Shown: piece by piece, positions 49,498 to 59,477 of the stretch
How the letters are laid out: each line of letters begins with the position of its first letter
How positions within the stretch are numbered: position 1 is the first letter of the stretch
NCBI GenBank assembly: GCA_963770565.1
Contig: CAVYQE010000001.1
Coordinates: 768,001 to 832,000 of the forward strand
From: an uncultured Actinomycetota bacterium
GTDB lineage: Bacteria; Actinomycetota; Actinomycetes; JAFAQI01
Reading direction: 5' to 3'
Length of the DNA: 64,000 nt
Position numbers and translations under genes: made by a program
The notes under the pieces: model-generated
Seen by the model: only the letters and a program-made list of their open reading frames with translations
What the model was told of the DNA's origin: nothing
The model's database searches: none

Positions 49498-50412
49498 GTG
49501 AGCGACCTGCCGGCATCGATCAGCGTGCGCGAGGTCGGTCCGCGCGACGGGCTCCAGAACGAAGCACCCGTCTCCACGGCCGCCAAAGTCGAGCTGGTCG
49601 ACGCGCTGTCTGCCACCGGCGTGGGCCGGATCGAGGCGGTCAGCTTCGTGCACCCGCGGGCGATTCCGCAGATGGCCGATGCCGACGAGGTATGGCAGCG
49701 GATCGCGCGCAACGCCGATGTGCGGTACTCCGCGCTCGTGCCCAACCTGCGCGGCGCCCAGCGCGCCCTGGACGCCGGCTTTCGCGAGATCGAGGTCGTG
49801 GTGTCCGCCTCGGACACCCACAACCGGAAGAACATCAACCGTTCCACCGAGCAGTCGCTCGACGACATCGCCGAGCTGGTCGCGAACGCGCACGAGCGGG
49901 GGAGCACGGTGCAGGTCATCGTGTCGACCGCGTGGGGGTGCCCTTATGAGGGCGACGTACCGGTTGAGCGGGTGGTCGCGGTCGCGAGCCGCGCGGTGGC
50001 CGACGGCGCCGACAGCATCTCCTTCGGCGACACCACGGGGATGGCGACGCCCGGCCGGGTGACCAGGCTGATCGGTGAGTTTCGCTCGGCGAACCCGGAC
50101 ACCGCGATCAACGTGCACTTCCACAACACCCGCGGTGCGGGGCTGGCCAATGTCATGGCCGCGATGCAGGTGGGGGTCGCGGACTTCGACTCGAGCGTCG
50201 GCGGGCTCGGCGGCTGCCCTTACGCGCCGGGAGCTAGTGGCAACGTCGCAACCGAAGAGCTGGTCCACCTGGTCGAGGACATGGGGGTCGCCACCGGGAT
50301 CGATCTCGACGCGATGATCGAGGCGGCCGCGACGGCCGAGCGGATCGTCGGACGCACGTTGCCGAGCCAGGTGCTGCGCGCCGGCCCGAGGACCCGCACC
50401 ACCGCCGCGTGA
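49498..50412 (+). CDS. Hydroxymethylglutaryl-CoA lyase
   Basis: EVGPRDGLQNE, GDTTG, HFHNT, GGLGGCPYAPGASGN. Confidence 0.95.
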   Translation: MSDLPASISVREVGPRDGLQNEAPVSTAAKVELVDALSATGVGRIEAVSFVHPRAIPQMADADEVWQRIARNADVRYSALVPNLRGAQRALDAGFREIEVVVSASDTHNRKNINRSTEQSLDDIAELVANAHERGSTVQVIVSTAWGCPYEGDVPVERVVAVASRAVADGADSISFGDTTGMATPGRVTRLIGEFRSANPDTAINVHFHNTRGAGLANVMAAMQVGVADFDSSVGGLGGCPYAPGASGNVATEELVHLVEDMGVATGIDLDAMIEAAATAERIVGRTLPSQVLRAGPRTRTTAA

Positions 50413-51524
50413 ACACTGCACCCACCACGGTCGTGTTCGACCTTGGCAACGTCTTGCTCGACTGGGATCCGCGGTCGTTGTTCCGCACCCTCATCGACGA
50501 TCTCGACGAGCTCGACCACTTCCTGGCCGAGGTCTGCAACCGCGAGTGGCACGACGCCCAGGACCGCGGCCGGTCGACGGCCGACGCGACGGCCGAGCTG
50601 CAGCTGAAGTTTCCCGAGTACGCCGACCTGATCGGTGCCTACTACTCACGCTGGCCCGAGATGACGACCGGCGCCCTCCCAGCGACCGTCGACGTCCTGC
50701 GCGAGCTGCGGGACGCCGGGATCCGCCTGATCGGGCTCACGAACTGGCCGGCCGAAACTTTCACGCCGGCCCGCGGCCGCTTCGACTTCTTCTCCTGGTT
50801 CGAGGGCATCGTCGTGTCCGGCGAGGAAGGCGTGGCCAAGCCGGATGCGGAGATCTTCACCCGGCTACTCGACCGCTACGGCGTCGATCCCGCGACCGCG
50901 GTGTACGTCGACGACACCGCGGTGCACGTGGAGACCGCGCGTCGGCTCGGGATGACTGCGTTCGTTTTCACCGACGCGGTGACGCTGCGCCGGGACTTCG
51001 CCGCGGTCGGCCTGCCGGTGCGCTCGGACATCGACGTGCGGGCTGCGACGATCGAGGACCTCGGCGCGATCACCGAGATCTACAACCACTACGTCATGCA
51101 TTCGACTGCCACCTTCGACGTATCGGCGATGACCGCGGAGGAGCGGCGCGGCTGGTTCGACCACTACTCGAGCGAGGGGCCGTACCGGCTCCTGGTGGCC
51201 ACTCGGGCCGGAGTGGTCGTCGGCTACGCGGCGAGCAGCCGGTTCCGGCCGAAGCCGGCGTATGACCCGTCGGTCGAGGTGACGGTCTACCTGGCGCCGG
51301 ACGACCTGGGCCGCGGCGTCGGGTCGCTTCTCTACCAACAGCTGTTCGCCGAGCTGCGCACCCAGCCGCTGCACCGGGCCTACGCCGCGATCGCGCTGCC
51401 GAACCCGGCATCGATCCGGCTGCACCGGCGGTTCGCCTTCGACGAGGTCGGCACGCTTCACGAGGTCGGGCGCAAGCATGGCCGCTGGGTCGACGTGCTG
51501 TGGATGCAGCGCCGCATTCCCTAG
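50409..51524 (+). CDS. HAD-family hydrolase fused to Pat/YncA-type GNAT acetyltransferase
   Basis: FDLGNVL, LTN, KPD, VDD; then IYNHYV, ATFD, GRGVGS, NPASIRLH, VGRKHGRW. Confidence 0.85.
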   Translation: MNTAPTTVVFDLGNVLLDWDPRSLFRTLIDDLDELDHFLAEVCNREWHDAQDRGRSTADATAELQLKFPEYADLIGAYYSRWPEMTTGALPATVDVLRELRDAGIRLIGLTNWPAETFTPARGRFDFFSWFEGIVVSGEEGVAKPDAEIFTRLLDRYGVDPATAVYVDDTAVHVETARRLGMTAFVFTDAVTLRRDFAAVGLPVRSDIDVRAATIEDLGAITEIYNHYVMHSTATFDVSAMTAEERRGWFDHYSSEGPYRLLVATRAGVVVGYAASSRFRPKPAYDPSVEVTVYLAPDDLGRGVGSLLYQQLFAELRTQPLHRAYAAIALPNPASIRLHRRFAFDEVGTLHEVGRKHGRWVDVLWMQRRIP

Positions 51525-51543
51525 CGCCGGTAACCTCCGCTTC

Positions 51544-53070
51544 GTGAGTGACCACAACGACCTGAGCGAGCAGCGCGCCCGGATCGAGGCCGGCGGGCCG
51601 CAGAAGTACCACGAGGCGAACCGCGAGAAGGGCAAGATGTTCGCCCGCGAGCGGATTCACCTGCTCACCGACGACGGGTCCTTTGTCGAGGACGGGCTGT
51701 TCGCGAACGCACTGGCGGGTGACCTGCCGGCCGACGGGGTCGTGACCGGGATCGCTCGTGTGGACGGTCGCCCGGTCGCGGTGATGGCCAACGACTCGAC
51801 CGTGAAAGCCGGGTCGTGGGGCGCGCGCACGGTCGAAAAGATCGTGCGGATCATCGAGCAGGCCTACCACCTCGGGATCCCGATGGTGTGGCTGGTCGAC
51901 TCGGCCGGCGCCCGGATCACCGACCAGATCCAGATGTTCCCCGGCCGGCGCGGGGCGGGAAAGGTGTTCGAGACCCAGGTCCGCGCGAGCGGTTCGATCC
52001 CACAGGTGTGTGCGCTGTTCGGCCCGAGCGCCGCAGGCGGTGCCTACATCCCGGCCTTCTGCGATGTCGTCGTCATGGTCGAGGGCAACGCGTCGATGTA
52101 CCTCGGCTCCGCCCGGATGGTGGAGATGGTCACCGGTGAGGTCACCACGCTCGAGGAGATGGGCGGTGCACGCATGCACTGCACCGTCTCAGGAGTCGGT
52201 CACTTCCTCACGCCCGATGAGCCGACCGCGATCGAGACGGTGAAGCGCTACCTGTCCTACCTCCCGTCGAACTGGACCGAGTCGCCGCCGGTCGCGCCGG
52301 CGGCGCCGGCCGGCAGCGGTGACCTGCGCACGCTGATTCCGGCCGAAGACCGGCAGGCCTTCGACATGCGCCGCTACGTCAAGGCGATCGTCGACGCGGA
52401 CTCGCTGTTCGAGATCCACGCGCTGTGGGCGAAGGAGGTCATGGTCGGCTTCGCCCGGCTCGACGGCCAGCCGATCGGCGTGGTGGCCAACAACCCGATG
52501 TTCAAGGGCGGCGTGCTGTTCGTCGACTCGGCGGACAAGTGCGCGCGCTTCATCGACCTCTGCGACGCGTTCAACCTGCCGCTGCTGTTCCTGGCCGACG
52601 TACCGGGGTTCATGGTCGGTGCGGCGGTCGAGCGTGCCGGCATCATCCGGCACGGTGCGAAGATGATCAGCTCGGTCGCGGCCGCGTCCGTGCCGAAGAT
52701 CTCGGTCATCGTCCGCAAGGCATACGGAGCCGGTCTGTACGCGATGTGCGGCCCCGGTTTCTCGCCGGACGCCACCCTCGCGCTGCCGACCGCGATGATC
52801 GCGGTGATGGGTGCGGAGGCTGCGGTCAACGCGGTCTACTACAACCGGATCCAGGCCATCGAGGACGAGGACGAGCGCGCCGAGTTCGTCCGGTCCAAGC
52901 GCAACGAGTACGACGAGGACATCGACATCGTCCGGCTGGCGAGCGAGCTCGTCGTCGATGCGATCGTCGAGCCCGAGGACTTGCGCGCGGAACTGATCAA
53001 GCGGTTTGCGGCGTACCGGTCGAAGGACCGTGCATTTTCGCGCCGGCGGCATGGAGTCACGCCGGTCTGA
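51544..53070 (+). CDS. Acyl-CoA carboxylase beta subunit (methylcrotonyl-CoA carboxylase-like)
   Basis: GKMFARERI, DSAGARI, GPSAAGGAY, DVPGFMVG, RRHGVTPV. Confidence 0.9.
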   Translation: MSDHNDLSEQRARIEAGGPQKYHEANREKGKMFARERIHLLTDDGSFVEDGLFANALAGDLPADGVVTGIARVDGRPVAVMANDSTVKAGSWGARTVEKIVRIIEQAYHLGIPMVWLVDSAGARITDQIQMFPGRRGAGKVFETQVRASGSIPQVCALFGPSAAGGAYIPAFCDVVVMVEGNASMYLGSARMVEMVTGEVTTLEEMGGARMHCTVSGVGHFLTPDEPTAIETVKRYLSYLPSNWTESPPVAPAAPAGSGDLRTLIPAEDRQAFDMRRYVKAIVDADSLFEIHALWAKEVMVGFARLDGQPIGVVANNPMFKGGVLFVDSADKCARFIDLCDAFNLPLLFLADVPGFMVGAAVERAGIIRHGAKMISSVAAASVPKISVIVRKAYGAGLYAMCGPGFSPDATLALPTAMIAVMGAEAAVNAVYYNRIQAIEDEDERAEFVRSKRNEYDEDIDIVRLASELVVDAIVEPEDLRAELIKRFAAYRSKDRAFSRRRHGVTPV

Positions 53071-53071
53071 G

Positions 53072-53554
53072 CTAGACGAGTGCCTCCTGAGTGGCGGCGC
53101 CGGTCGGGTCGGGGTCGGCATCGAGGAAGACCCAGCGCCGGAATGACCAGAACCGCCAGACCGTGCCGAACGCGGTGCCGATGAGCGTCGAGGAGATGTT
53201 GTAGGCCAGCGGCGAGTGCAGGCCGAGGACGTACTCGCTGAAACCGACCGGGATCTCGGACAGCGCAAGCCCGATCACTGACAACCCGAGAAACAGCGGC
53301 AACTCCCGCCGCACCCCGGTCTGGTCCTTGTGCCGCCAGGTCCAGTGCCGGTTGGCGAAATAGGACAGGACGGCGGCGATCGCGGTCGCGAGGCCGAAGC
53401 TGGTCAGTGGCCCGAGGTTCAACCCGAAGTGGAAGCCATTGCTGAGGCCGACGGTGAGCGCGAAGGCGACCGCCCCGATGATGCCGAACTTGGCAATCTC
53501 GTGAATCAGGTGCTCAAAGGTGGTGTAGATGTGCCTCACCCGAGCAGCGACCAT
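53072..53554 (-). CDS. GtrA family flippase-like protein
   Basis: EIAKFGIIG, NRHWTW, RFWSFRRWVF. Confidence 0.92.
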   Translation of the reverse strand: MVAARVRHIYTTFEHLIHEIAKFGIIGAVAFALTVGLSNGFHFGLNLGPLTSFGLATAIAAVLSYFANRHWTWRHKDQTGVRRELPLFLGLSVIGLALSEIPVGFSEYVLGLHSPLAYNISSTLIGTAFGTVWRFWSFRRWVFLDADPDPTGAATQEALV

Positions 53555-53588
53555 CCTTAGACCCTAAACGCCGTGCGAAAATTGCTTC

Positions 53589-54737
53589 GTGGACCATCGG
53601 CTCAACGACGAGCACGAGGCACTTCGCAAGAGCGTCGAGGCGTTCGCTCGCGAGGTGGTCGCCCCGCAGGCTGCGGCGGCTGACCACAGCGGTGAGTTCC
53701 CGTACGACGTCATTCGCCAGATGGGCGAGCTGGGGTTGTTCGGGTTGCCGTTCCCGGAGGAGTACGGCGGGATGGGCGGGGACTTCCTGGCCCTATGCCT
53801 GGCGATCGAGGAGCTCGCCCGGGTCGATTCGAGCGTGGCGATCACGCTCGAGGCGGCGGTCGGACTCGGCTCGATGCCGGTCTACCGGTTCGGCGACGAG
53901 GCTCAGAAGCAGCAGTGGCTGCCGGCGCTGTGCCGCGGCGAAGCGCTTTCGGCGTTTGGCCTGACCGAGCCGGGCGGCGGTTCGGATGCCGGAAACCCGC
54001 GAACCAAGGCCGTGCTGGACGGCGGCGAGTGGGTGATCAACGGCACCAAGGCCTTCATCACCAACGCGGGCACCGACATCACCACGCTCGTGACCGTGCT
54101 CTGCCGGACCGGCGAGAACGCCGACGGGCGCCCGGAGCTGACCTCGATCATGGTTCCGGTGCCGCACGAGGGCTTCAGCGCCTCGAAGAAGTACGACAAG
54201 GTCGGCTGGCATGCCAGCGACACCCGCGAGCTCGCCTTCGTCGACTGCCGGGTGCCGGCCGAGAGCGTGCTCGGCGAGCGCGGCCGCGGCTACGCGCAGT
54301 TCCTCTCGACCCTCGACGAGGGGCGGATCGCGATCAGCGCGCTCGCGGTGGGTTTGGCTCAGGGCTGCGTGGATGAATCGGTGGCGTACGCCAAACAGCG
54401 GGAGGCGTTCGGCGCCCCGATCGGCTCGTACCAGGCGGTCGCGTTCCGGATCGCAGACATGGAGATGCGCGCGCATGTCGCCAGGTGCGCCTACCGTGAT
54501 GCGGTGTACCGGATGCTCGCCGGCCAGTCGTTCAAGCGCGAGGCGGCGATGGCCAAGCTCTATTCCTCGACGATCGCGGTCGACAACGCGCGCGACGCGA
54601 CCCAGGTGTTTGGCGGCTACGGGTTCATGAACGAGTTCCCGGTCGCGCGGCACTGGCGTGACTCGAAGGTGCTCGAGATCGGCGAGGGAACGTCCGAGAT
54701 CCAGCGGATGCTCATCGCCCGAGACCTCGGTCTGTAG
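53589..54737 (+). CDS. Acyl-CoA dehydrogenase
   Basis: GLTEPGGGSDA, NGTKAFITN, GRIAI, FGGYGF, IGEGTSEIQ. Confidence 0.95.
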   Translation: MDHRLNDEHEALRKSVEAFAREVVAPQAAAADHSGEFPYDVIRQMGELGLFGLPFPEEYGGMGGDFLALCLAIEELARVDSSVAITLEAAVGLGSMPVYRFGDEAQKQQWLPALCRGEALSAFGLTEPGGGSDAGNPRTKAVLDGGEWVINGTKAFITNAGTDITTLVTVLCRTGENADGRPELTSIMVPVPHEGFSASKKYDKVGWHASDTRELAFVDCRVPAESVLGERGRGYAQFLSTLDEGRIAISALAVGLAQGCVDESVAYAKQREAFGAPIGSYQAVAFRIADMEMRAHVARCAYRDAVYRMLAGQSFKREAAMAKLYSSTIAVDNARDATQVFGGYGFMNEFPVARHWRDSKVLEIGEGTSEIQRMLIARDLGL

Positions 54738-54749
54738 CGCGAGCCCGAG

Positions 54750-55853
54750 ATGAGTGACCGCGTGACCGGGATGCCGGTCGTCGGAATGGTGGGCGCCGGC
54801 CAGCTGGCCCGGATGACCCACCAGGCGGCGATCTCGCTCGGCCTGTCGCTGCGCGTGCTGGCCGACTCGCCCACCGACGGTGCGGCGCTGGTCACGCCCG
54901 ATGTCGAGATCGGCGGTCCGGCCGACTCAGCGGCGCTGCAGCGCTTTGCCAAGGGCTGCGACGTCGTGACCTTCGACCACGAGCTGGTGCCCCGGGAGCT
55001 GATCGAGGAGCTGGTCGCCGTGGGCGCGACCGTGCATCCGAGCGCCGACGCGCTTGTCTACTCGCAGGACAAGCGCGCGATGCGGACCAAGATCGCCGAG
55101 CTCGGACTTCCGGTGCCGCGATGGTCCGACGATCCGGAGGCGCTGCCGCGCCCATACGTCGCCAAGGCGGTCCGGGGTGGCTACGACGGCCGTGGCGTCT
55201 GGTTCCTCAACCCTGGTGACCCCCTGCCGACGGTGGACTTCATCGTCGAGGAGCGGGTGTCGATCGTCCACGAGCTCTCGATCCAGGTCGCCCGGACGCC
55301 GTCGGGCCGGGTCCGCTGCTGGCCGGTGGTCGAGACCGTTCAGCGCAACGGAATCTGCGTCGAGGTCGTCGCACCCGCACCAAGACTGAGTACGTCGTTC
55401 GCCGCCGAGGCGGACCGGATCGGCACCCGGATCGCCAATGAGCTCGGCGTGGTCGGCGTCATGGCGGTCGAGCTGTTCGAGGCGCCGAGCGGGCTGATGG
55501 TCAACGAGCTGGCCATGCGGCCGCACAACTCGGGGCACTGGTCGATCGAGGGCGCGACGACGAACCAGTTCGAGCAGCACCTGCGGGCGATCCTCGACTG
55601 GCCGCTCGGAGATGTCCGGCCGCGAGCCAGGGTCACGGTGATGGTCAACGTGATCGGCGGGCCGTCCACCAACCTCGCGGCGGCCCTGCCGGCCGCACTG
55701 GCTGCCGCTCCGAACGCGTCGATCCACCTCTACGGAAAGGCCGAGCGACCGGGTCGCAAGCTCGGGCACGTCACCGTGCTCGGGGATGATCTCGTCGAAG
55801 CGCGCAACACCGCGCGTCGCGCGGTCGCGATCCTGCAGGGAGATTCGCCATGA
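54750..55853 (+). CDS. purK: N5-CAIR synthetase
   Basis: [37 protein letters not shown]. Confidence 0.96.
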   Translation: MSDRVTGMPVVGMVGAGQLARMTHQAAISLGLSLRVLADSPTDGAALVTPDVEIGGPADSAALQRFAKGCDVVTFDHELVPRELIEELVAVGATVHPSADALVYSQDKRAMRTKIAELGLPVPRWSDDPEALPRPYVAKAVRGGYDGRGVWFLNPGDPLPTVDFIVEERVSIVHELSIQVARTPSGRVRCWPVVETVQRNGICVEVVAPAPRLSTSFAAEADRIGTRIANELGVVGVMAVELFEAPSGLMVNELAMRPHNSGHWSIEGATTNQFEQHLRAILDWPLGDVRPRARVTVMVNVIGGPSTNLAAALPAALAAAPNASIHLYGKAERPGRKLGHVTVLGDDLVEARNTARRAVAILQGDSP

Positions 55854-56362
55854 GCGCGGTGGTCGGCATCGTGATGGGTAGCGACTCGGACTGGACGACG
55901 ATGAAGCCGGCCGCCGACGTGCTCGCCGACTTCGGTGTCGAGACCGAGGTCCGCGTGGTGTCGGCGCACCGCACACCGGACGACATGCTCGCCTACGGGA
56001 AGTCCGCGGCAGACCGTGGCCTTCGCGTCATCATCGCCGGAGCCGGTGGTGCCGCGCACCTGCCGGGGATGCTGGCATCGACGACCGCGTTGCCGGTGAT
56101 CGGCGTACCGGTGCCGCTGGCCCACCTGGACGGCATGGACTCGCTGCTCTCGATCGTGCAGATGCCGGCCGGGGTCCCGGTCGCGACCGTGTCGATCGGC
56201 GGTGCGCGCAACGCCGGGCTGCTCGCGGTGCGGATCCTCGCGACCTCCGACGATGCATTGCGCGAGCAGATGCTCCGGTTCCAGGACGAGCTCAAGGAAA
56301 CCGCGCGGAGCAAGGACGCCGCGCTGCGGGCGCAGTTCGACAACGACGCGGGCACCGAGTGA
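55850..56362 (+). CDS. purE: N5-CAIR mutase
   Basis: [31 protein letters not shown]. Confidence 0.98.
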   Translation: MSAVVGIVMGSDSDWTTMKPAADVLADFGVETEVRVVSAHRTPDDMLAYGKSAADRGLRVIIAGAGGAAHLPGMLASTTALPVIGVPVPLAHLDGMDSLLSIVQMPAGVPVATVSIGGARNAGLLAVRILATSDDALREQMLRFQDELKETARSKDAALRAQFDNDAGTE

Positions 56363-57591
56363 CCCACGCGAGCGCGTCGCCCGACGCCACCGAACTGGTG
56401 GCCTGGACCGTCGAGGTCGACGACCCGGGCGAGCTGCTGACCTGGCTGCCGGCTGGTGAGTCGTTCGCGTTCCTGCGCGGCGGCGACGGCATCGTCGGCT
56501 GGGGCGAGGCGGCCCGGCTGGCTACCGACTCCGCGACCGACGTCCAGGCGTTGCTCGGCGCGATCACGACCCGTGACGATGTCGGGGTCCCGGGCAGCGG
56601 CGCAGTTGCGATCGCATCGCTGGGCTTTGATCCGGACGTCGACGTTTCCGTCGTCGTCGTACCCAAGGTGGTGCTCGGCCGGCGCGAGGGCCGATCCTGG
56701 CTGACCCTCGTCACGCCGCCCGGTGCGGTCGAGGTGCCGGCCTTGCGGCGGCGCCCGGTCGCCGCGGCGAGTACGCCGCCCTCGTCGGTCACGGCGCAGC
56801 TGCCGAGCGAGCAGCAGTGGCACGACGTGATCGCCGATGCCGTGACCACTCTGCGGGCCGGGTCATTGCAGAAGGTGGTGCTCGCCCGCGCGATCGAGGT
56901 GACCGCCCAGGCCCCCCTCGACGGCCGGGCGATCGCGGCCCGGATGGCGAGCCGCTTCCCGTCCTGCTTCACATTCCTGTGCGACGGCCTGGTCGGTGCG
57001 TCACCGGAGCTGCTGATCCGCCGGCTCGGACGCCACGCGGAGTCGCTGGTGCTGGCCGGCACGATCCGGCGCGGCTCGTCTCCCGAGGAGGACGCGGCGC
57101 TCGAACACGAGCTGCTCACCTCGGCCAAGGACGCCGAGGAACACCGAATGGCGGCGGTGTCCGTCCGAGATGTCCTGGCCGCGGTGGCCGTGGACGTCGT
57201 GGCAGACGAGCGCCCGCAGCTGCTGCGGCTGGCCAACCTGAGCCACCTCGCCACTCACATCGACGCCTGGCTGCCTCAGCCGACTCCGAGCGCGCTCGCG
57301 TTGGCCGCGCTCCTGCACCCGTCTGCCGCCGTTGGCGGAACCCCGAGGGCGACCGCGCTGGAGATGATCAGCCGGCTCGAAGCCGCTCCGCGCGGCCGTT
57401 ACGCCGCCCCGATCGGCTGGGTCGATGCGAATGGTGACGGCGAGTTCGCGATCGCTCTACGGTGCGCCCAGCTGTCCGGCAACGTCGCGCGGTTGTGGGC
57501 CGGCGGTGGCATCGTCGCGGATTCTGACCCGGCCGCCGAGGTCGCGGAGACAACCGTGAAGTTCGACGCCGTACTGTCCGCCCTGACCTGA
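56359..57591 (+). CDS. menF: Isochorismate synthase
   Basis: [40 protein letters not shown]. Confidence 0.9.
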   Translation: MTHASASPDATELVAWTVEVDDPGELLTWLPAGESFAFLRGGDGIVGWGEAARLATDSATDVQALLGAITTRDDVGVPGSGAVAIASLGFDPDVDVSVVVVPKVVLGRREGRSWLTLVTPPGAVEVPALRRRPVAAASTPPSSVTAQLPSEQQWHDVIADAVTTLRAGSLQKVVLARAIEVTAQAPLDGRAIAARMASRFPSCFTFLCDGLVGASPELLIRRLGRHAESLVLAGTIRRGSSPEEDAALEHELLTSAKDAEEHRMAAVSVRDVLAAVAVDVVADERPQLLRLANLSHLATHIDAWLPQPTPSALALAALLHPSAAVGGTPRATALEMISRLEAAPRGRYAAPIGWVDANGDGEFAIALRCAQLSGNVARLWAGGGIVADSDPAAEVAETTVKFDAVLSALT

Positions 57592-57694
57592 CCGGCAAGT
57601 CGCCTTCATGCCTTCGGCATCGCGCCTCACCGTCCGTGGGTTGTGTGCGGTCGGGGGTTCTGCAAGGGTCGGCCCCGATTGGAGGTCGATTCCT

Positions 57695-58345
57695 ATGAGG
57701 CGTCAGGCGAGGCAACGACCGCGGTGGCAGGTCCGAGCGGCGGTGGTGGTGGCCGGCATCGGAGTTGCCGCTGCAAGCAGTGCAATCGGGTACGCCGCGA
57801 ACACCGCCAGCGGCCAGATCCAGGCTTGCTACAACAACACGACCGGAGCGCTTCGAGTGGTGGGCTCGACGCCGTGCACTGCGTCGGAAACCGCGCTGGA
57901 CTGGGCCAAGGTCGGGCCGGCCGGGGTCAGCTCGCTCTACCACGGCTTCCATCGCGGCAAGGTCTCGATCCCGGGGACCCAGCACCCGGCGGCGATGGTG
58001 AAGACACCTCCGCTGGCTGCCGGTTCCTACGCGGTGACCGTGAGCGGCCACTACACCTTCCCTGGAAACGCGGAGGTCACCTGCTATCTCTCCCGATTCG
58101 CCCACGTCGGTATCCGCACGTTCAACCTCCCGCACCACGAAGAGGTCGTCGCGGACCCGAAGGTCGAGTGGTTGACGCAGACCGACTACGTGACGGGCAT
58201 CAAGGCAGGCCAACGGATCGCGTGGTATTGCCAGGCCGGCATTGATCCGATCGATCGGGCGCTTCCGCCGGCCGCCGGTCGGATCGGCTACGCGTCGATC
58301 GACGCGATCCCGGTGAGCACGATTCACTCCTCGATCAGCAACTGA
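57695..58345 (+). CDS. Secreted hypothetical protein
   Basis: GGAGG RBS, signal peptide, GQIQACY..GALRVV..C..ETALDW module. Confidence 0.7.
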   Translation: MRRQARQRPRWQVRAAVVVAGIGVAAASSAIGYAANTASGQIQACYNNTTGALRVVGSTPCTASETALDWAKVGPAGVSSLYHGFHRGKVSIPGTQHPAAMVKTPPLAAGSYAVTVSGHYTFPGNAEVTCYLSRFAHVGIRTFNLPHHEEVVADPKVEWLTQTDYVTGIKAGQRIAWYCQAGIDPIDRALPPAAGRIGYASIDAIPVSTIHSSISN

Positions 58346-58372
58346 GCTTCGGTCGCGGAGAGTCGCTCGATC

Positions 58373-59077
58373 TCAGACTGCGACCAGCAGGCATCGGGCC
58401 GCGGTGGCGACGGTGCGTCCGATGGCTCCCATCATCAGGTCCTCGACCGTCGCGATCTCGCGGCACTGCCAGAGAGCGAGCGCGGTGTCCCAGGCCGCGT
58501 CGCGCGCGGAGTTGATGCTCCAGTCCCCGATCAGATCGAGGACGACCTGAGTCCGGTGGTCGGCGGCGCGCACCTCGCCGGACTCGAACGACTGGCGCAC
58601 CGACTGCTCCGCGGCGTCGAGCAACGCGTCGACCTTCTGGTAGTCGGCGTGACAGTTCGGCTCGAACGGCGACGTCGCGAGATCGGTACACGTGCGCACA
58701 ACCGTGATCGGAAGGTCGTGGTTGATATGCGCGTTCATACCGGCCAACGCGTACTGGATGTCGAAGATCCCCGGGTGTGCCCGCCGCTCGATCAGCGGCT
58801 GCCAGGCGACCGGCACCTGGTCGAGCGGCCCGCTGCTCGCATCGACGGCGGCGAAGTACTGGTTGGCGAAGACCACGTCGAAATGCGCCATGAATGCGGC
58901 GTCGGCGAAGAAGCCGGCCGCGATGCGGTGGTCGACGTCGATGGTGACCTCGAGATACATCCGGTTGAAGCAGGCCACTCCGTCGGTGGCCGGCAACGCT
59001 GCCTCGATCGCCTGCATCCGCGTGATCGCGTCGGCGACGCTTGTCACCGGGCCGGATGGGATCACGGGTGACGCCAT
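58373..59077 (-). CDS. DUF5995-like protein
   Basis: DGVACFNRMYLEVT, FANQY, AGMNAHINHDL. Confidence 0.8.
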   Translation of the reverse strand: MASPVIPSGPVTSVADAITRMQAIEAALPATDGVACFNRMYLEVTIDVDHRIAAGFFADAAFMAHFDVVFANQYFAAVDASSGPLDQVPVAWQPLIERRAHPGIFDIQYALAGMNAHINHDLPITVVRTCTDLATSPFEPNCHADYQKVDALLDAAEQSVRQSFESGEVRAADHRTQVVLDLIGDWSINSARDAAWDTALALWQCREIATVEDLMMGAIGRTVATAARCLLVAV

Positions 59078-59114
59078 CACCGCACCGTACCGGGTGCCAC
59101 CTCTTGCCGGTCGG

Positions 59115-59474
59115 CTAGCGCTCGGCCGTCCAGCCGCCGTGACCGAAGGTCCGATGGACCCACTCGCGGAACGAGTTTCCTTCGCCGTACTCGGGGTTCG
59201 CGTCGTAGGCAGCGGTGCCCGACGGCTCCGGCAGGTTGGCGGCCGCCTCGTCGTCGAGGTCGCACTTGATGTACTCCGTGGTGATCTCGGCGATCTGATC
59301 GCGGTCGACGAACCTGCGGCCGTGCTTAGTCGTGACGATGACGCCGTCGAACAGGTCTTCGGACGGGATCTCGAGCACCTTGTCCAGGGTGCCGAACTGT
59401 TGGCCGGTCGAGGACAACACCGGTACGCCGAGGGGCACGCCTTCGTACGAGACTGGTTCTGCAGTATCGCTCAT
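59115..59474 (-). CDS. Small PRC-barrel-like hypothetical protein
   Basis: GVPVLSSTGQQFGTL, DLFDGVIV, RFVDRDQI. Confidence 0.65.
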   Translation of the reverse strand: MSDTAEPVSYEGVPLGVPVLSSTGQQFGTLDKVLEIPSEDLFDGVIVTTKHGRRFVDRDQIAEITTEYIKCDLDDEAAANLPEPSGTAAYDANPEYGEGNSFREWVHRTFGHGGWTAER

Positions 59475-59477
59475 CGG

